Assembly (NCBI GenBank): GCA_951406725.2
Contig: OX597814.1
Location: 102,300,001-102,364,000 of the forward strand
DNA length: 64,000 bases
DNA from: Octopus vulgaris
Taxonomy: Eukaryota
Direction of reading: 5' to 3'
The notes under the pieces are model-generated. The model was not told where the DNA came from and did no database searches. It worked only from the letters and a program-made list of their open reading frames with translations. Shown piece after piece: positions 23,951 to 37,579 of the stretch; the stretch's first letter is position 1; every line of letters begins with the position of its first letter. Both the position numbers and the translations under genes were made by a program.

Positions 23951-24364
23951 TCAAACAACATGAAGTAGAGAGGGTATGTTTTTGATGAGGCTTGCGAATG
24001 GCAACGAAAGGACTTTCACAAACGTCGCTAATTGATTAATTCACCGAATGATTAATCAATCAGTCGAGTATTTAATTAGTTAAATGGTTAAATAATCGAC
24101 GAATAAAAATAAATAATGAAATAGAACCAGTGCGTGCATTCGTTATTGACATAATGACCCTCCCGATATACACCAAACTAAGAATAATGCTTCAAATAAT
24201 CATGGTTTTCTTTAAGTATAAAGTAAGTAATTGTATAAAATATGAATTTAAGGAAGGTTAGTATTGTCTTATCCAATATCTTTTATAAGAAAGACTACTT
24301 TTATATATTATAACAGATTTATCTATCCATCTTCTCTGGCCACTATTCTTAGGAATAGAAGAAT

Positions 24365-24652
24365 CCTCAGGCACCTTCTCCATAGGGTCCTATCAGAAGC
24401 ACCGTCGTTTGATTTTCTGGCTTGATTCGGAAGCGTGACCATCTGTGACTATGGATATTATCAGACCATCTCATTCTTGGTCTACCCCAGATCTCCTGCT
24501 GGTTGGCTTGGCTTGAAGAATCACATGTCCGTAGTATCGATGCTGTGGTCTCTCAATGCGGAGAAGTAACGGCTCGACTTCGAGAGACTCCCTGATTTCC
24601 GAGCTACCGCACCTTGTCGAGTAATGTTACTCCAGAGATCCTTCGGAGGAAC
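24365..24652 (-). mobile_element. RTE-clade LINE 3' fragment, degraded
   Basis: Minus strand reads FLRRISGVTLLDKV(fs)SSEIRESLEVEPLLLRIERPQHRYYGHVI. Confidence 0.8.
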
Positions 24653-24799
24653 CCTGTTACAATAGATTTATTAGAACATCAGTATACAAAAGTAAACAAT
24701 AAAAAGTTTAAAATAAATAAATAAAATACAAAGAAACTCCCTAAATAACATATGTAGCATCACGGGACACTGTTGTTCCCCTCCTCCTCTTAAAAAAAT

Positions 24800-25008
24800 G
24801 TTTGAGATAATATAGAATTTGGCATTACCAGATTCTTTTACAGATTTTAAATGCAGGAATTCTTGTTTTGTTGCCTATACAATAATCTGGTAGAATAACT
24901 ACAATATTGGATCAAACAATACTATCATTATGAAATATACATTGTATACAGTTACACATTTTATTTTTTACATAATTACATATTACAAAAAGCTTGATTA
25001 AATATACA
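24800..25008 (+). repeat. ~210-bp direct repeat, copy 2
   Basis: Matches 22139-22348. Confidence 0.9.
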
Positions 25009-28000
25009 TATTTGAAATTACTTGATTCTTGAGAAAGTTTAATGACATTTGTGTTTGCATCGAGTTATTCTGGTCTAGAGTTTATGGGTGTAATATTAAT
25101 GATCACCACCACGACGGAGGGGCGATATTTCGTTATCTTGGATGTATTTTAAACCTCAGACTTGTATGGTACCTTGGGAAAATGTCTTCGATTATAACAT
25201 CCGGTTGACTCTTACCATGTGAGCGAAATTGTGTAAGACTGACTTAACGGGAGCCTGGTAGAAACCCATCGCTCGGTTTAACGTCATCACTGCATTGTCC
25301 TTGGGTTGCCATTTATGGAGTCCACTGATGCAAGCATTAAGTTAGATATCTATATCTAATTGAATTAACCTCACACTATTTGTTGTGGTTTCTTCCCCCT
25401 CCTTACCACCACCACCACCACTCAGTCTCATAGTTCTCTCCCATAAAGGTTAGAGGCTGCTCTTTAAATAATCCGTGATAAACCGAATACCAGCCAAAGA
25501 CGCGCATTTGGAAGAGCTTAAATATTCATAAACACTGCGCAGCTTGCAATCACCGAACATATTTGTGTTCTCAGACATGGCTGTGGTGGTTAAGAAGTTT
25601 ACTTTGTAACTGTATAGTTTCTGATTCGATTCCACTGCGCGATACCATGCATAAGTAGCCCTGTCTTCCACCGGAGCATCAAGTCGGCTGCTTTTGAGTA
25701 GTGGATTAATCCGTCAGCTAGTTTAACACCATCACGTAAAAAACGGATGGTTTTTAACGTGATGTATCTCGTTAAAAATCGATGGTTTTTAACATGGTGT
25801 ATCTTGTTAAAAGAGATACATCGAGTATCCCTTTTACGTTATGTATGTATCTCTATTGTAAGCATTACAGGCCAGGCCTCCGAACTGACATCCTTCTACT
25901 CGTCTCGGAGGTCCTTAAGACGATTTTCTTTATAGTTCTTGAAGATATATTTCTGCTACATGATTTACTTAAAAAAAAAGGGAAGTTTCTAATCAATCAA
26001 ACATGTTGAAAACTAATTAATTTTTAAGATTAAAATTTGTTATACTCTAAAGCAGGAGTCATTCCTTACTATCGCTTCCAAGGCATACGCAAGCACGCTT
26101 GGCGCGTCTTTTGCTTGTGTGACGGGAGTCAGTGTACTGTTTACAAAAAAAATTAGGTCAGTAGGTGATGCTAACTGAAACGGTGCTTATGATTGGCAGT
26201 CGTTAACAAGGAAGGCAGTAATGCTTTCTACCAGGATCATATGGATGTACGGAAATGAGATGAACTCTCAAACGTAAAAACAAAACAAAAAAAAAAACTG
26301 TTTCTTACGTTCTACTTACAAAACGAAATGAAAATATAAAGGGAAAAAAACCCAAAAAAACACGAGAAGATATAAATTTCTTCGGAGAAAAATGTCTGTT
26401 ATGATTTCTAAAATGTAGCTTTCAACAGCGTATTGTAATGTTCTTCAAATTAAATCGTTTTCAAAGAAAAACAAATTTTAGATCGATTTTTGTTTTGTAA
26501 GGCATCAAAGATAATTTTTTTTTTTAGGAGTAAAAGTGAAAATATCTATTTCCCTAAAGGTTACTAACTATAAGTGATGGCCTTTTCTCCATCAGATTTG
26601 TATAAATTACTCCCCAGTGTCTTTGCTCTAATTTCTCAAAAATATATATCGTGACAGGTGTTGTATAATAAAATGTTTCCATTTCCCGGTGGACACTTTA
26701 AATGTGTCACTGAACATTATTGTAGAAAAAAAAAAGAAGCATGAATGTTAACTTAAACCTTTTTCTCCTCGATCTATTAATCGAGGAGAAATTTGTGCCA
26801 ATTTAAAGAATTGGAATGTGAAATATCGATTTTCATATTTCAGGTGAATTTCTTCAGGCAGTTTGTCTTAACGAATTTGACTTTGTATCACTTTTTGATA
26901 TTGATGTTAATGTTGTTGAGCTTCTGATTTGATTGAAAAATAATTATTGATTTATTTAGTTCGAGATCACAAAATAGGGAAGAATATATATATATATATA
27001 TTCAACGGAATCGATTTTCAGAATGTTATCAATACTTATTTTATTGGCCCGAAGGGGTGAAAATCAAAATTGACTCCGACGAAATTTGAACAGAGAAAAT
27101 TAAAGGCGTGCAAACTAAATAATGCTAAATCGTTATCCACTCTGTTGCAAGCACCTATATTTGAGGTCTCCGATTTGAGGATACGTTTCTTCCTTCCAGT
27201 CTTGAAAACTTAATAGTTAGGAACACTGTCTTTCTTTTCGTGACTAAATTGCAAAAACAAAAGAAAGAAAAAAAAAGTGAATACATGTGTGGTCCATTCT
27301 AGAACTCTACCTACCCCTGCGGCTTCCTATTTCTCGTATTTATTAAATAAGATTGTGCGTGAGGATTCTTCATTTTCTTCTATAAGATGTATAGCCTTCT
27401 AATTTCATTCCTTCGACTTGTGCTTACTGCTACTGCTGCAACACAAACAAACTCTGGCATGATTTCTCTTCCATCTCTTTTTTATTCTCTTTCTCTCTCA
27501 CACACGACTGATTTCAGACTGTTTCTGTTGACAAATCATAACAAACATCATCTTCCTTCACCCTCTATTCCATTCATTTTAAATCTTGTTTTATGGCTAT
27601 ATAACAGCAGCAGCCGAATCTGACACAAACGTCATTTTTTCATTATGTGAATAATTATGGTTTTGATTAATATTAATTCTTTTTGTTCTTTAATTAATGG
27701 TACACACACTAACTTATCTTTATTTAATAAATCTATGAGTACAAATCATGTTTTATTCATGTGCAAAATACTGAATCTGTTCTAAAAAATACAAAAATAA
27801 ATATAACCATTGTTATGCGATAGCCTTTGGCTAAGCTTTTATCAGATACATCTTGATATTGGTTTTCTGGTTTTGTTAACTGACTTGCATTTCTGACAAG
27901 AATTTAGACACTTATGGTCTGAAAACAGTTTTGAAATATGAGCATCTGTAAAGGTCTTTCATCTTGTATGCTGCTGGCATGAGCCAGGAGGAACTTTATC

Positions 28001-29016
28001 AATCTGCTCTTTGAAACTGGAACTGATTAACAAAACAACAAAACAGTTATGAACAAATAATATAAAAGAATGAAAATGCTAAAAGAAAAGTTAAAGTGTG
28101 TGGTATGCATCTCTTAGTAATTCCAGCCAGAATTCTACAACTGATTCAGTTATTATCTGGCTTCAGTCTAAGGAAGCCTATACAAGATCAGTTTCTCTGC
28201 TAGAAATAATGGCTAAGTTTCCCCTCAAGTTACAACCTGCCTTTTTAAAAACTTAATCCTTCTTTTACAATACCTGAGTGAAGAATTGGATGTGACAGTC
28301 CCAGCTGAATGACTTTAGTCATAATTATGTTCAGCTAAGACTAACGTGGATTAAACAAAAACAACCCTGGTTTCACTTAAAATATTAAAATGTCAAAAAT
28401 AAGAAATCACCAAGGAGACCTTTGGCATCCATCTTAACGATTTTTTCTTCTTTTTTTTTTTTTGTGGCAGTCTAATATTGAAAAGAAGGGCAGTGCTCAT
28501 GACTCTCTTTTAAGAACTTCTGAGGCTGGAGGAACAAAGAATAACACTTATCCTTAAACCAGAGACCTTACACAGATGCATGCAACAGAATGGGCTTTGC
28601 TAAAGGTACTCAAGTGCCAAGTGGTTGTGTTACACTGGATAACAAATTTAGTTGATTATCAAAGAACTCAAAAAACAAAGACCCTGAACAAATTCTGTAA
28701 AGCATCTCATTTAAAGTTTTAACAATTCTCTTAATCCACTGCCCTGGTCTGTTACTTCATTTAACCATCCTGACTCGGTTAAACTGTCATTTTCAAAGAA
28801 AAACGAAAATGATGGAATTACAATGAAGTAAGAGGAAACTCAGTTACATTATTACTTGTGTCATTCCCTAGTGGGGAGATGATCATTTTTATTATATTTT
28901 AGATGAGAAATTTGAATTTGAAATTAAGGAATTAGGAGGAAAAAGACGCATAGTATATACATCATTCTTTGTTTTGTTATGAAGTCCTTATATTTATTTT
29001 TGCCAACAACTTTTAA

Positions 29017-29233
29017 CCTTTTAGCATTTAAACTGGCCATACCAGCCCAAAATATTCTACCTGTTTTATGTTCAAACTGACCATATCCAGCCTTTCATAC
29101 CTACCCTACTATGTCGTTCTAAAAATAATCACATCATCAAAATCTTGAAGGTACAAGATAATAGATGATTCATTCAAAACAATTTGAATAAATAAGCATT
29201 ACATTTAACAGACTTATCTGAATTTCTAAAGGG
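29017..29233. mobile_element. piggyBac-like MITE
   Basis: TTAA|ccttttagcatt...aatttctaaaggg|TTAA. Confidence 0.75.
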
Positions 29234-30219
29234 TTAAATACTACAGGTTTGGTTAGGCCTCTATTTTTATCTTGAGTTCCAAAATGAAATGTGAAAAAGT
29301 ACTAGAAAAAGTGGCAATCGAAATGAGGCTGTAACAATCAGTTTAAAATTTGAATGTCTGCTATATGCCGCTGTATAATTTACAATTGTTTTCCTGGTAC
29401 AAAACTATAAGTACGCTGAAATTTTTAATGCATGAAAACCAGAAACTATTAAAATAATTTTACCATGTATTTCATATCTGTCTTGGACATTTTAAAGATG
29501 TGGGGCCTCTTTTAAAAGAGTATATTACATTGCTTTCCCATGTGGTTTGTACAGTATTTAGCCTCACAATCTGCTCAGCATAAGGAGAACAAGTTGGGTT
29601 GATGTGATAAACAGAGTAGATGTTTAATGTATCTGTCTGATTGTTTATAATGTTTCAATTTGATCCTTGCATTAGCCTCCAGATGTGAAACATGGTTATA
29701 AGAAAAGAAATACCTAAGTACAATGCTTAGGCACAAGTATAGCTTTTGAGGCACAGGCATGGCTGTATAGTTAAGACGCTTGCTTTGCAACCACATTGTT
29801 TAAGGTTCAATCCCACTGTGTGACTCCTATAACCCTGGGCTGATCAATGCCTTGTGACTGAATTTGGTACTACCTTGAAGTTTTTAGTCAACCAAACTAT
29901 GCCCAGTGTTTATTTTAGATATGGTACTTATTCTAATGGTCTCTTTTTATTGAATTACTAAGTTACAGGAATTTAAACAAATGAACACTGATTGTCAAAC
30001 TGTGAGAGATAAACACACACACACACACACACGATGATTTCCATCTCCCAAATTTACTTACAAAGTATTGACTGACCCAGGGCTATAGCAGGAGACACTT
30101 GTTCAAAGTGCTTCACAGTGTGATGGAACTCAAGACCAAATGATTCCAAAACAAACTTTTTAACCATACAATTATGCCTGTGCCTTGTAAATTCAGGGTG
30201 CTAACATTTATCTTTATCT

Positions 30220-30572
30220 TTTACTGGTTCCTGTCATTAGACAGCAGCCATGCTGGGGCTCCGCTTTGAAGAACTTTCAGTTTGATGAATGGATCCCAGT
30301 ACTTCTGGTACTTGTTCTGTCGGTCTCTTTTTGCCAAACTGCTAAGTCACAGGTTGTCAAGCAGTTGGAAGTGGAGACAATCACAGACACAAAGACACAC
30401 ACAAATATTCGACTAGCTTTTTTCAGTTCCATCTACCAAATCTATTCACATGGCTTTGGTCAGCCCAAGGCTATAGTAGAAGATACTTGCCCAAGGTGCT
30501 ATGCAGTGGGACTGAACCCAGAACCATGTGGCTGGAAAGCAAGCTTCTTACCACACAGCCATGCCTGCACCT
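30220..30572 (-). mobile_element. SINE family B, near full length
   Basis: Reverse complement of 45612-45971 with CpG decay. Confidence 0.8.
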
Positions 30573-31389
30573 ATGGTTTCACATTCGCTCATATTTGTTA
30601 TACATGATTCTAGTATGTAGTATTTGGTTATCTTAATATAGCTTGTTAGTTGGTTAGCCACTTGATAATGAGAATAGGATATCGTAGGCTGATGATATAT
30701 GTGTTAACCTTTCACTATATGTCTCAAGCTATCTTTGGTATTTCTAATCTGTTGCTGCTTGTCTGCTACTACTTGGATTCAACATTATCTAAAACGTAAT
30801 TGTGTGTCCATGTGGGTTTCCACATGCTAATGCCACATGTTAAAATGATTTCATTTTCAGATGTTAACCCATACATGCTATTCCTCTAGATTATACTGCA
30901 TATATCTATGAGTGTGTATTCATCATCATCAGCAGCAACATCAGCATAACCACCACCACGACTACTATCATAGTGTTAATGTCCACTTTTCCATGCTTGC
31001 ATGGGTCGGATGGAGTTTATTGAGGCAGGTTTTCTATGGCTAGATGTCTTTTCCTGTTACCAACTCCCATCTGTTTCTATGCAGGTTAGTATTCCCCAAT
31101 GGCCAGACATGTTTTGTTGAGAGATTCGAGATGAATGACACCACTTGTATGACAGTGACACTCATTTACAACTATCAATGCAATGCCAAGACATAGAGAC
31201 ACAAACCTCACACACATACTCACATACAGACACATGCACACATATGTATACACATATACAACACGTTTCTTTCAGTATCCATCTTCCAAATCTCAGGACT
31301 ACAGCAGAAGATACTTACAATGGGGGACTGAAGGCAAAACCATGTGGTTGGGAAGCAACCCTCTTAACCACATACCTCCTTCCATGTGA

Positions 31390-31425
<36 letters not shown>

Positions 31426-31620
31426 TTAATATCCGTTTTCCACGTGGGCACGGGTTGGACTGTTTGACAAGAGCTGATCAGCTGAAGGGCTGTTCAGGCT
31501 CCCTGTCTGTTCTGGCATGGTTTCTATGGCTGGATACCCTTCCTAATGCCAACCACTTTACAGAGTGTACGGGGTGCTTTTACACGGCACCAGCATGGGT
31601 GCTTTTTACGTGGCACTAGC
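31390..31620 (-). mobile_element. SINE family D 3' part with (GAT)n tail
   Basis: ggataccctt cctaatgccaaccac motif shared with 35232-35545 and 40070-40345. Confidence 0.75.
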
Positions 31621-31953
31621 ACTTACAAGCCTGCAAGATTAGGGATGCTCAACTGGAGAGGGCTGCAAGGGATGAGCCTATATGCAAGGGCAACCACGCT
31701 TTTACTTTGCTTGACATGACTTTGCAAGCACATCAAACTGCCAGGAGTGTTAGTCCCCTGTCATCCCCTCTAATTATAATGCAAATAGCATTTTGTTTGT
31801 GTGTATGCATGTGCATAGGTTTAATATATAATTAAATCCATGAATTTAGTAACATTGTTCTATATATATAACACTGTATCACACAGTTTAATGTGTATAG
31901 TTTAATGTTTGTGTGTGTGAATCACCTTGTTCACTCATACACATGCAAATATG

Positions 31954-32029
<76 letters not shown>

Positions 32030-32749
32030 TATGTATGTAGGTATTCATACTCTGTGACCAATCTGTTTTACCTGGAATTTTAGTTTATATGGATTGCTTT
32101 CTTCTCATAAGCCAAGCCATCTTCAAAAGTACTGAGTGTCTGTAAATTACCTTTTCAATTTTAAAAATTCAGAAAAAATTTAAAATAAGGGTAACTCAGA
32201 AGAGTTTATTGGCAAACATAGGCAAACAAATAAAATTTTATTAGTAATTTCTTTTACTTACTCTGTGTGTGTGTGTGTGTGTGTCCCCTTTATCATCATC
32301 ATCATTTTAGCATGTTTCTCTTCGTTAGTGGCAGACACTGGATTTTGTGTTTGCTGATAGTGTTGCTCCTATTGAAATTAAAATAATAATTTAAGCCAGA
32401 CTTCACTCCTTAAACAATTCCCTTTGAGAAATTAAATTCATTGAAATTTGTTGTATTTTTAATTATACATTTGAAAGTTTGTCTAAAATCCATTTAAAAA
32501 AAAAAAAAAAAAAAAAAATTTGTCTTACTTAAATTCTCGTGAGAAAAATCTTCAATCTAATTAATATGCTGATGAAGCCTTTTCTTTAAGAATGGAAATG
32601 TTTCCAAGTGGAAAGGATAGTTTTCATTTCACATGTGATGATTGTAGACCTGTCTTTCTTGATGTCAGAGCTAATAAATCAAATAACACCAGGTACTACA
32701 GTTTGAACATAAACATGCCACTGAATCAACACATTCAGAGTCAAAGAGA

Positions 32750-32751
32750 AC

Positions 32752-32816
<65 letters not shown>
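32750..32816. repeat. (GA)n microsatellite
   Basis: Directly visible. Confidence 0.95.
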
Positions 32817-32820
<4 letters not shown>

Positions 32821-33534
32821 GAGAGGGGGATAGGCTATAAACTCTAGACAATAATTGTTTAAACAGATGGATTACTACATCAGCCAAACATTTCCAAACA
32901 GATGTATTTTACTCCTTTGAAGAAATTAATCTTTCCATGTTAATTTGCTTTTTGTTTTATTTATGTCATTTTTTATAATTTTTTTTCTTTATCTACATTA
33001 AGCTCCTACTATATTTGTAATGGGCTAATAAACCAACAATGTATGACCTGCAAGAAATAGCAGTTAAATCTCCCAGTTTTTCTTAAATTATATTTTTTTG
33101 AGTTTCTTTTTTCTTTATGTTCATTATGCTCTTATTTCATTTGTAACTACTAAACAAGAAAGCATCTTTACAATAGCATCTATATCTTACTTAAATCACC
33201 CCAAACTCTCTTAAAACAGGAAGAACACATTGGATAATGTAATCCAAGATTCATTATGTCTGAAAGTAAAATTGGCTAAGACCGGACAAGAGCAAGTTTA
33301 TTTACAGCTTACTCTTTGCTCAGACGTTGGAATAATATGATACTTGAATGATTTTCAAAGTGAGTTTACAAAAACCTGGGTTCTGTGAAAAAAATTTGTT
33401 GTTCTAGAAGAGGTCTTTTAATAAAACTGAATAAAAATTTGTATTATAAAAAATGGTAATTACCACTTTAAAGTAATGTTATTACATAAATAAGTCCTCT
33501 AACTGTGCATCATGAAACAAATACAGCCATGTAC

Positions 33535-33695
33535 AGATGTGGCTGTGTAGTTGAGAAGCTTGCTTCCCAATCATGTGAACTTACGTTCAATCCCACTGCA
33601 TGGCATCTTGAGCAAGTGTCTTCTACTATAGTCATGGGTTGACCAAAGCTTTGTGACTGAATTTGATAGATGGAAACTGAAGGAAACCCATCATT

Positions 33696-33730
<35 letters not shown>

Positions 33731-33955
33731 CCTTGTGATGACATCATATAATGGTTGTAAATGAGTATCACTGTTATACAAGCAATGTAGCTCGTTTCCA
33801 GTCTTCTGAGGAAAATATGTCTGGCCATGAGAAATACTACCTTGCTTGGAAACAGGTGAAGGTTGGCAACAAGAAGGGCATCCAGCTGTAAAAAATCTGC
33901 TTCAGTAAATTTTGTCTAACCTATACAAGCATAGGAAAGTAAACATTAAATGATG
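33535..33955 (+). mobile_element. SINE with family-B head and family-D-type tail
   Basis: tggctgtgtagttgagaagcttgc head, (TG)n, then ggttggcaacaagaagggcatccagctgta tail. Confidence 0.7.
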
Positions 33956-34714
33956 ATATTGGGTTAAAAGCCACTTGGAAGGAAAAAAATGCAGAAAGCT
34001 ACTCATGGGACTTGAAACACATCTTTAACCTAAGGGTTTTTAACCCGTTAAATTTATAAAGTATTATTTATAGCGCTATTCAGTTTAAATGACTTGTTTA
34101 ATACTTCTCTCCTTGTATTTCAACATATCTATGTCAAAACATAAAGATATGGCTCCCTTCAAAGATCAAGCCCCATAAGGATTAATGATATGGCTAGGGG
34201 CCTACTTCTACTCCTTTGAAAAGCAGGATGCCATAGTCTCTGCAATGCACCCCCACTCTCCTTGTCTTGCAATCCCTGTTGTTTCCCACCCCATACTCTG
34301 CCAATTTCTCTGTAAGCACTGTGAGTATCCAGTGAGTTTTGTTATTTACATTTTGTTTCATGTGTAGTCTTTACAATCAGCATGTTGGTTTTGTTTGAAA
34401 TGTAAATATGTATTTGCCATTTAGTATAACTACAACAAAGAAGAACCACATAAATGTGAAGAGAAGGTACTTTCTCTTTGTATCCCAATATACAGGGAGA
34501 AAGAGAATGTTACGAAACTGTGGTGATAATTTTTGAACATTATATTTGCGGGCTTGCATGGCTGTATGGTTAAGAAGCTTGCTTCCCAACCATGTATTTG
34601 GGGGTTCAGTCCCATTGCATGGCTTCTTCAGCAAGTGTCTTCTCATTTAGCATTGGGATGACCAAAGCCTTGTGAGTGAATTTGGTTGGTGGAAACTGAA
34701 AGAAGCCCATTGTG

Positions 34715-34769
<55 letters not shown>

Positions 34770-34792
34770 AGAGAGAGAGAGAGGGGGAGAGG

Positions 34793-35140
34793 GAGAATTC
34801 ACAAAAGACGAAGACAGGTGGTGTAAACAACAAACAGATATATTAGTTTAACTCTCGGGAAGTGAAAGTCTTTAATGTTTCAAGCCTATGCTCTTCCACA
34901 GAAAGGAACACAGAAAGAAAAGTTCGTTGGGTGATGAGAGGAGACAGGATCAACTGATGCGACCATGTGAGCATGTAATATATAGGGAGAATTCACAAAA
35001 ACACAAAAGATGAAGACAGGTGGTGTAGACAACAAACAGATGTATTAGTTTAACGCTCTCAAGAAGTGAAGAAGTTTTTAACATTTTGAGCCTACGCTCT
35101 TCCACAGAAAGAAAAGTTCATTGGGTGATGAGAGGAGAAT
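34793..35140 (-). mobile_element. Tandem pair of Penelope pLTR fragments
   Basis: Two ~150-190-bp units gagaattcacaaaa..gaagacaggtggtgta..gctcttccacagaaag..gggtgatgagaggag. Confidence 0.75.
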
Positions 35141-35231
35141 ATATATACATATTAAATATTACTGCTCAAAAAAATTTATATAGGGAATGCTTTTTGGAGG
35201 GGACCCTGTCTTTCACGAATAACATGTCTGG

Positions 35232-35545
35232 TCATCATCATCATCATCATCATCATCGTTTAACGTCCGTTTTCCGCGCTAGCACGGGTTGGACGGTTTC
35301 GACTGGGGTCTGGGGAGCCAGGGGCTGCCCCAGGCTCCAGTCTGGTCTGGCAGTGTTTCTACAGCTGGATGCCCTTCCTAACGCCAACCACTCCGCGAGT
35401 GTAGTGGGTGCTTTTTACGTGCCACCTGCACAGGTGCCAGAGGGGTCTGGCATCGGCCACGGTCAGTTGGTGCTTTTTATGTGCCACCTGCACAGAAGCC
35501 AGTCGGGGCGGCGCTGGCATCGGCCACGTTCGGATGGTGCTTTTT
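35232..35545 (-). mobile_element. SINE family D (young, CpG-rich)
   Basis: (cat)n cgtttaacgtccg..ggatgcccttcctaacgccaaccac, inverted relative to 40070-40345. Confidence 0.82.
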
Positions 35546-36250
35546 TTAAGTGGGGGGAGGGTGCAGAAATATAGGGGAGCACCAGTGGAGAGGGGTGTTC
35601 GGAGAAACGATGACAGGTTCTAGACAAGTAGAACGTAGGATATCACGAGAGGGGTAATGCATGGTGAAATAGCGTATTGAAGAGGGGGGTTCGAAGAGTA
35701 GACACCTATAATGGTGGTGGGAGAAGCGACATCCGGTATAGATGGAGCAAAAATATAGAGATATCCAGTATTGGTGGTGGTGGTGGTGGGGGTGGGCAAG
35801 GGTGGTGGTGGTGGGGGTGGGGTGGGCAAGGGCGGGTGCACTGGGAATATGCGAAGGTTGAACTTGACGGGCTGGCTTAAAAATGCTCTTAGCAATGGAA
35901 GGGGGGAAAGGAAGAGGGGGGGAGGGCATACAACGTAAAAGAGGGAGAGAGAGAGAGAGAGAAGGGAATAGTGGAACCCCACGAAAATCGGCCGCCATTG
36001 AAAAAATCCTGTATGGAGAAACTCAAATATCTATTCTGTATTTAGCGAGACACGAGGCCGGAAAACCGATGGTCAACAATAACTAATAAATTATACAGAA
36101 TATGCAATACGAGGCGAAATAATAATACTAATAAACAAATTGTCGACTGGGGGTCAAAGAGATAATACTAATACTACTAATAATAATAATAAACAGCTTA
36201 ACCACTAGAGATCAGACAAATTTGCATGAGAATATTACTGGTACAGATTA

Positions 36251-36287
<37 letters not shown>

Positions 36288-36289
36288 TA

Positions 36290-36425
36290 CGACGGGCTTC
36301 TTTCAGTTTCCGTCTACCAAATCCACTCACAAGGCTTTGGTCGGCCCGAGGCTATAGTACAAGACACTTGCCCAAGGTGCCACGCAGTGGGACTGAACCC
36401 GGAACCATGTGGTTTGTAAGCAGAA
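36290..36425 (-). mobile_element. SINE family B 5' half
   Basis: High similarity to the reverse complement of 45640-45780. Confidence 0.85.
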
Positions 36426-37579
36426 AGAAATATTAATGAGGATTGACAACACTTGCCCAAGGTCCCACACAGTGGCCCTGACCCATGAAATCATGTGGTT
36501 GCAAAGCAAGCTTCTTAAATACACAGCTACACTTGCTTTATTTATCAACTTTATTTTATCAATTCTGGAAGAATGAAAGGCAAAGTTAACTTAGATGAGA
36601 TTTGAAACCAGAATGTAACCTGTAACAAATACCACAAGGTATTTCATTTTGTCCATCACTGTAATGAGTTTGCCAATCCAAGTGCAACACATTTTGCAAG
36701 GAAAGACCTAGCAGATTTATAATAAATTCACAATATATTACTGGTACTTACTTTGCTGATCCCAGCAATGATAGCAAATAAAGTGGGACTTGAAATTAAA
36801 ATACAGAAAGACATGACTAACTAATATAAGACACTTAGTCTGACATTCCACTGATTCCTCCATCCATTGTCTTTCAACTGGAATAGCAACAACAATCATA
36901 ATACTGACAGCAGTGGCAGTTTTGGTGGTGGTTGTGGTGTTAATCACTTCAGTTGAAAGATTTTCCTGCACTCCTTTACTATAAAGCAAAATAGGCACCA
37001 CCAAGTAAGTGTTTATTATTTCAGCCCAAGGTCACCAAAAGAAGTAGGTCAACAACTAAGGAGTGCCACATTGTTATCCTTCAGTTTTATTTATTATTTA
37101 TTCAACAGGATATTACCAGACTTTAGAGCTAGGGAGAGGTAGGAAGGCGGAAGGATTTGTGAACTGTTCTGTTATATTTTTTCCTTCTTTTCTTTCAGTC
37201 TTTATTTTCTTGTTTGAAATTTGTTTTTCATTTTTTGTTCTTTTATGTAAGGCAAAATATAACATATTTCCCATGACAAGGAAGTGCTACACAAAAAAGG
37301 AAAGCACTAAATATAGAATTTATAAGCCAAGATTAGATGGTCTTCATGGGATACAGGCAAATATAAAAAAAACGATGTTCCTAAGGTTACCTGTCTTTCA
37401 CATTAATTTTAAAAATATGAATAATTGATAATGACACCAATAAGAAAATTATTTCATGTGTGCTGAACCGAGATCTTTGAGCTAAATAGGTAATATATAT
37501 TTCATTTGTAATATTGACTACACCTGTAAAATTTTAAAGGTTAAAAGCTTCTCATGTACTGAACTGGATAGATTTTTAT

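Noticed and set aside
25745-25812. Two ~35-bp palindromic tandem units resembling CRISPR repeats
   Set aside because: Only two adjacent copies, no spacers, eukaryotic context.
30266-30607. 113-aa ORF with a signal-peptide-like start
   Set aside because: Lies almost entirely within an antisense SINE B copy.
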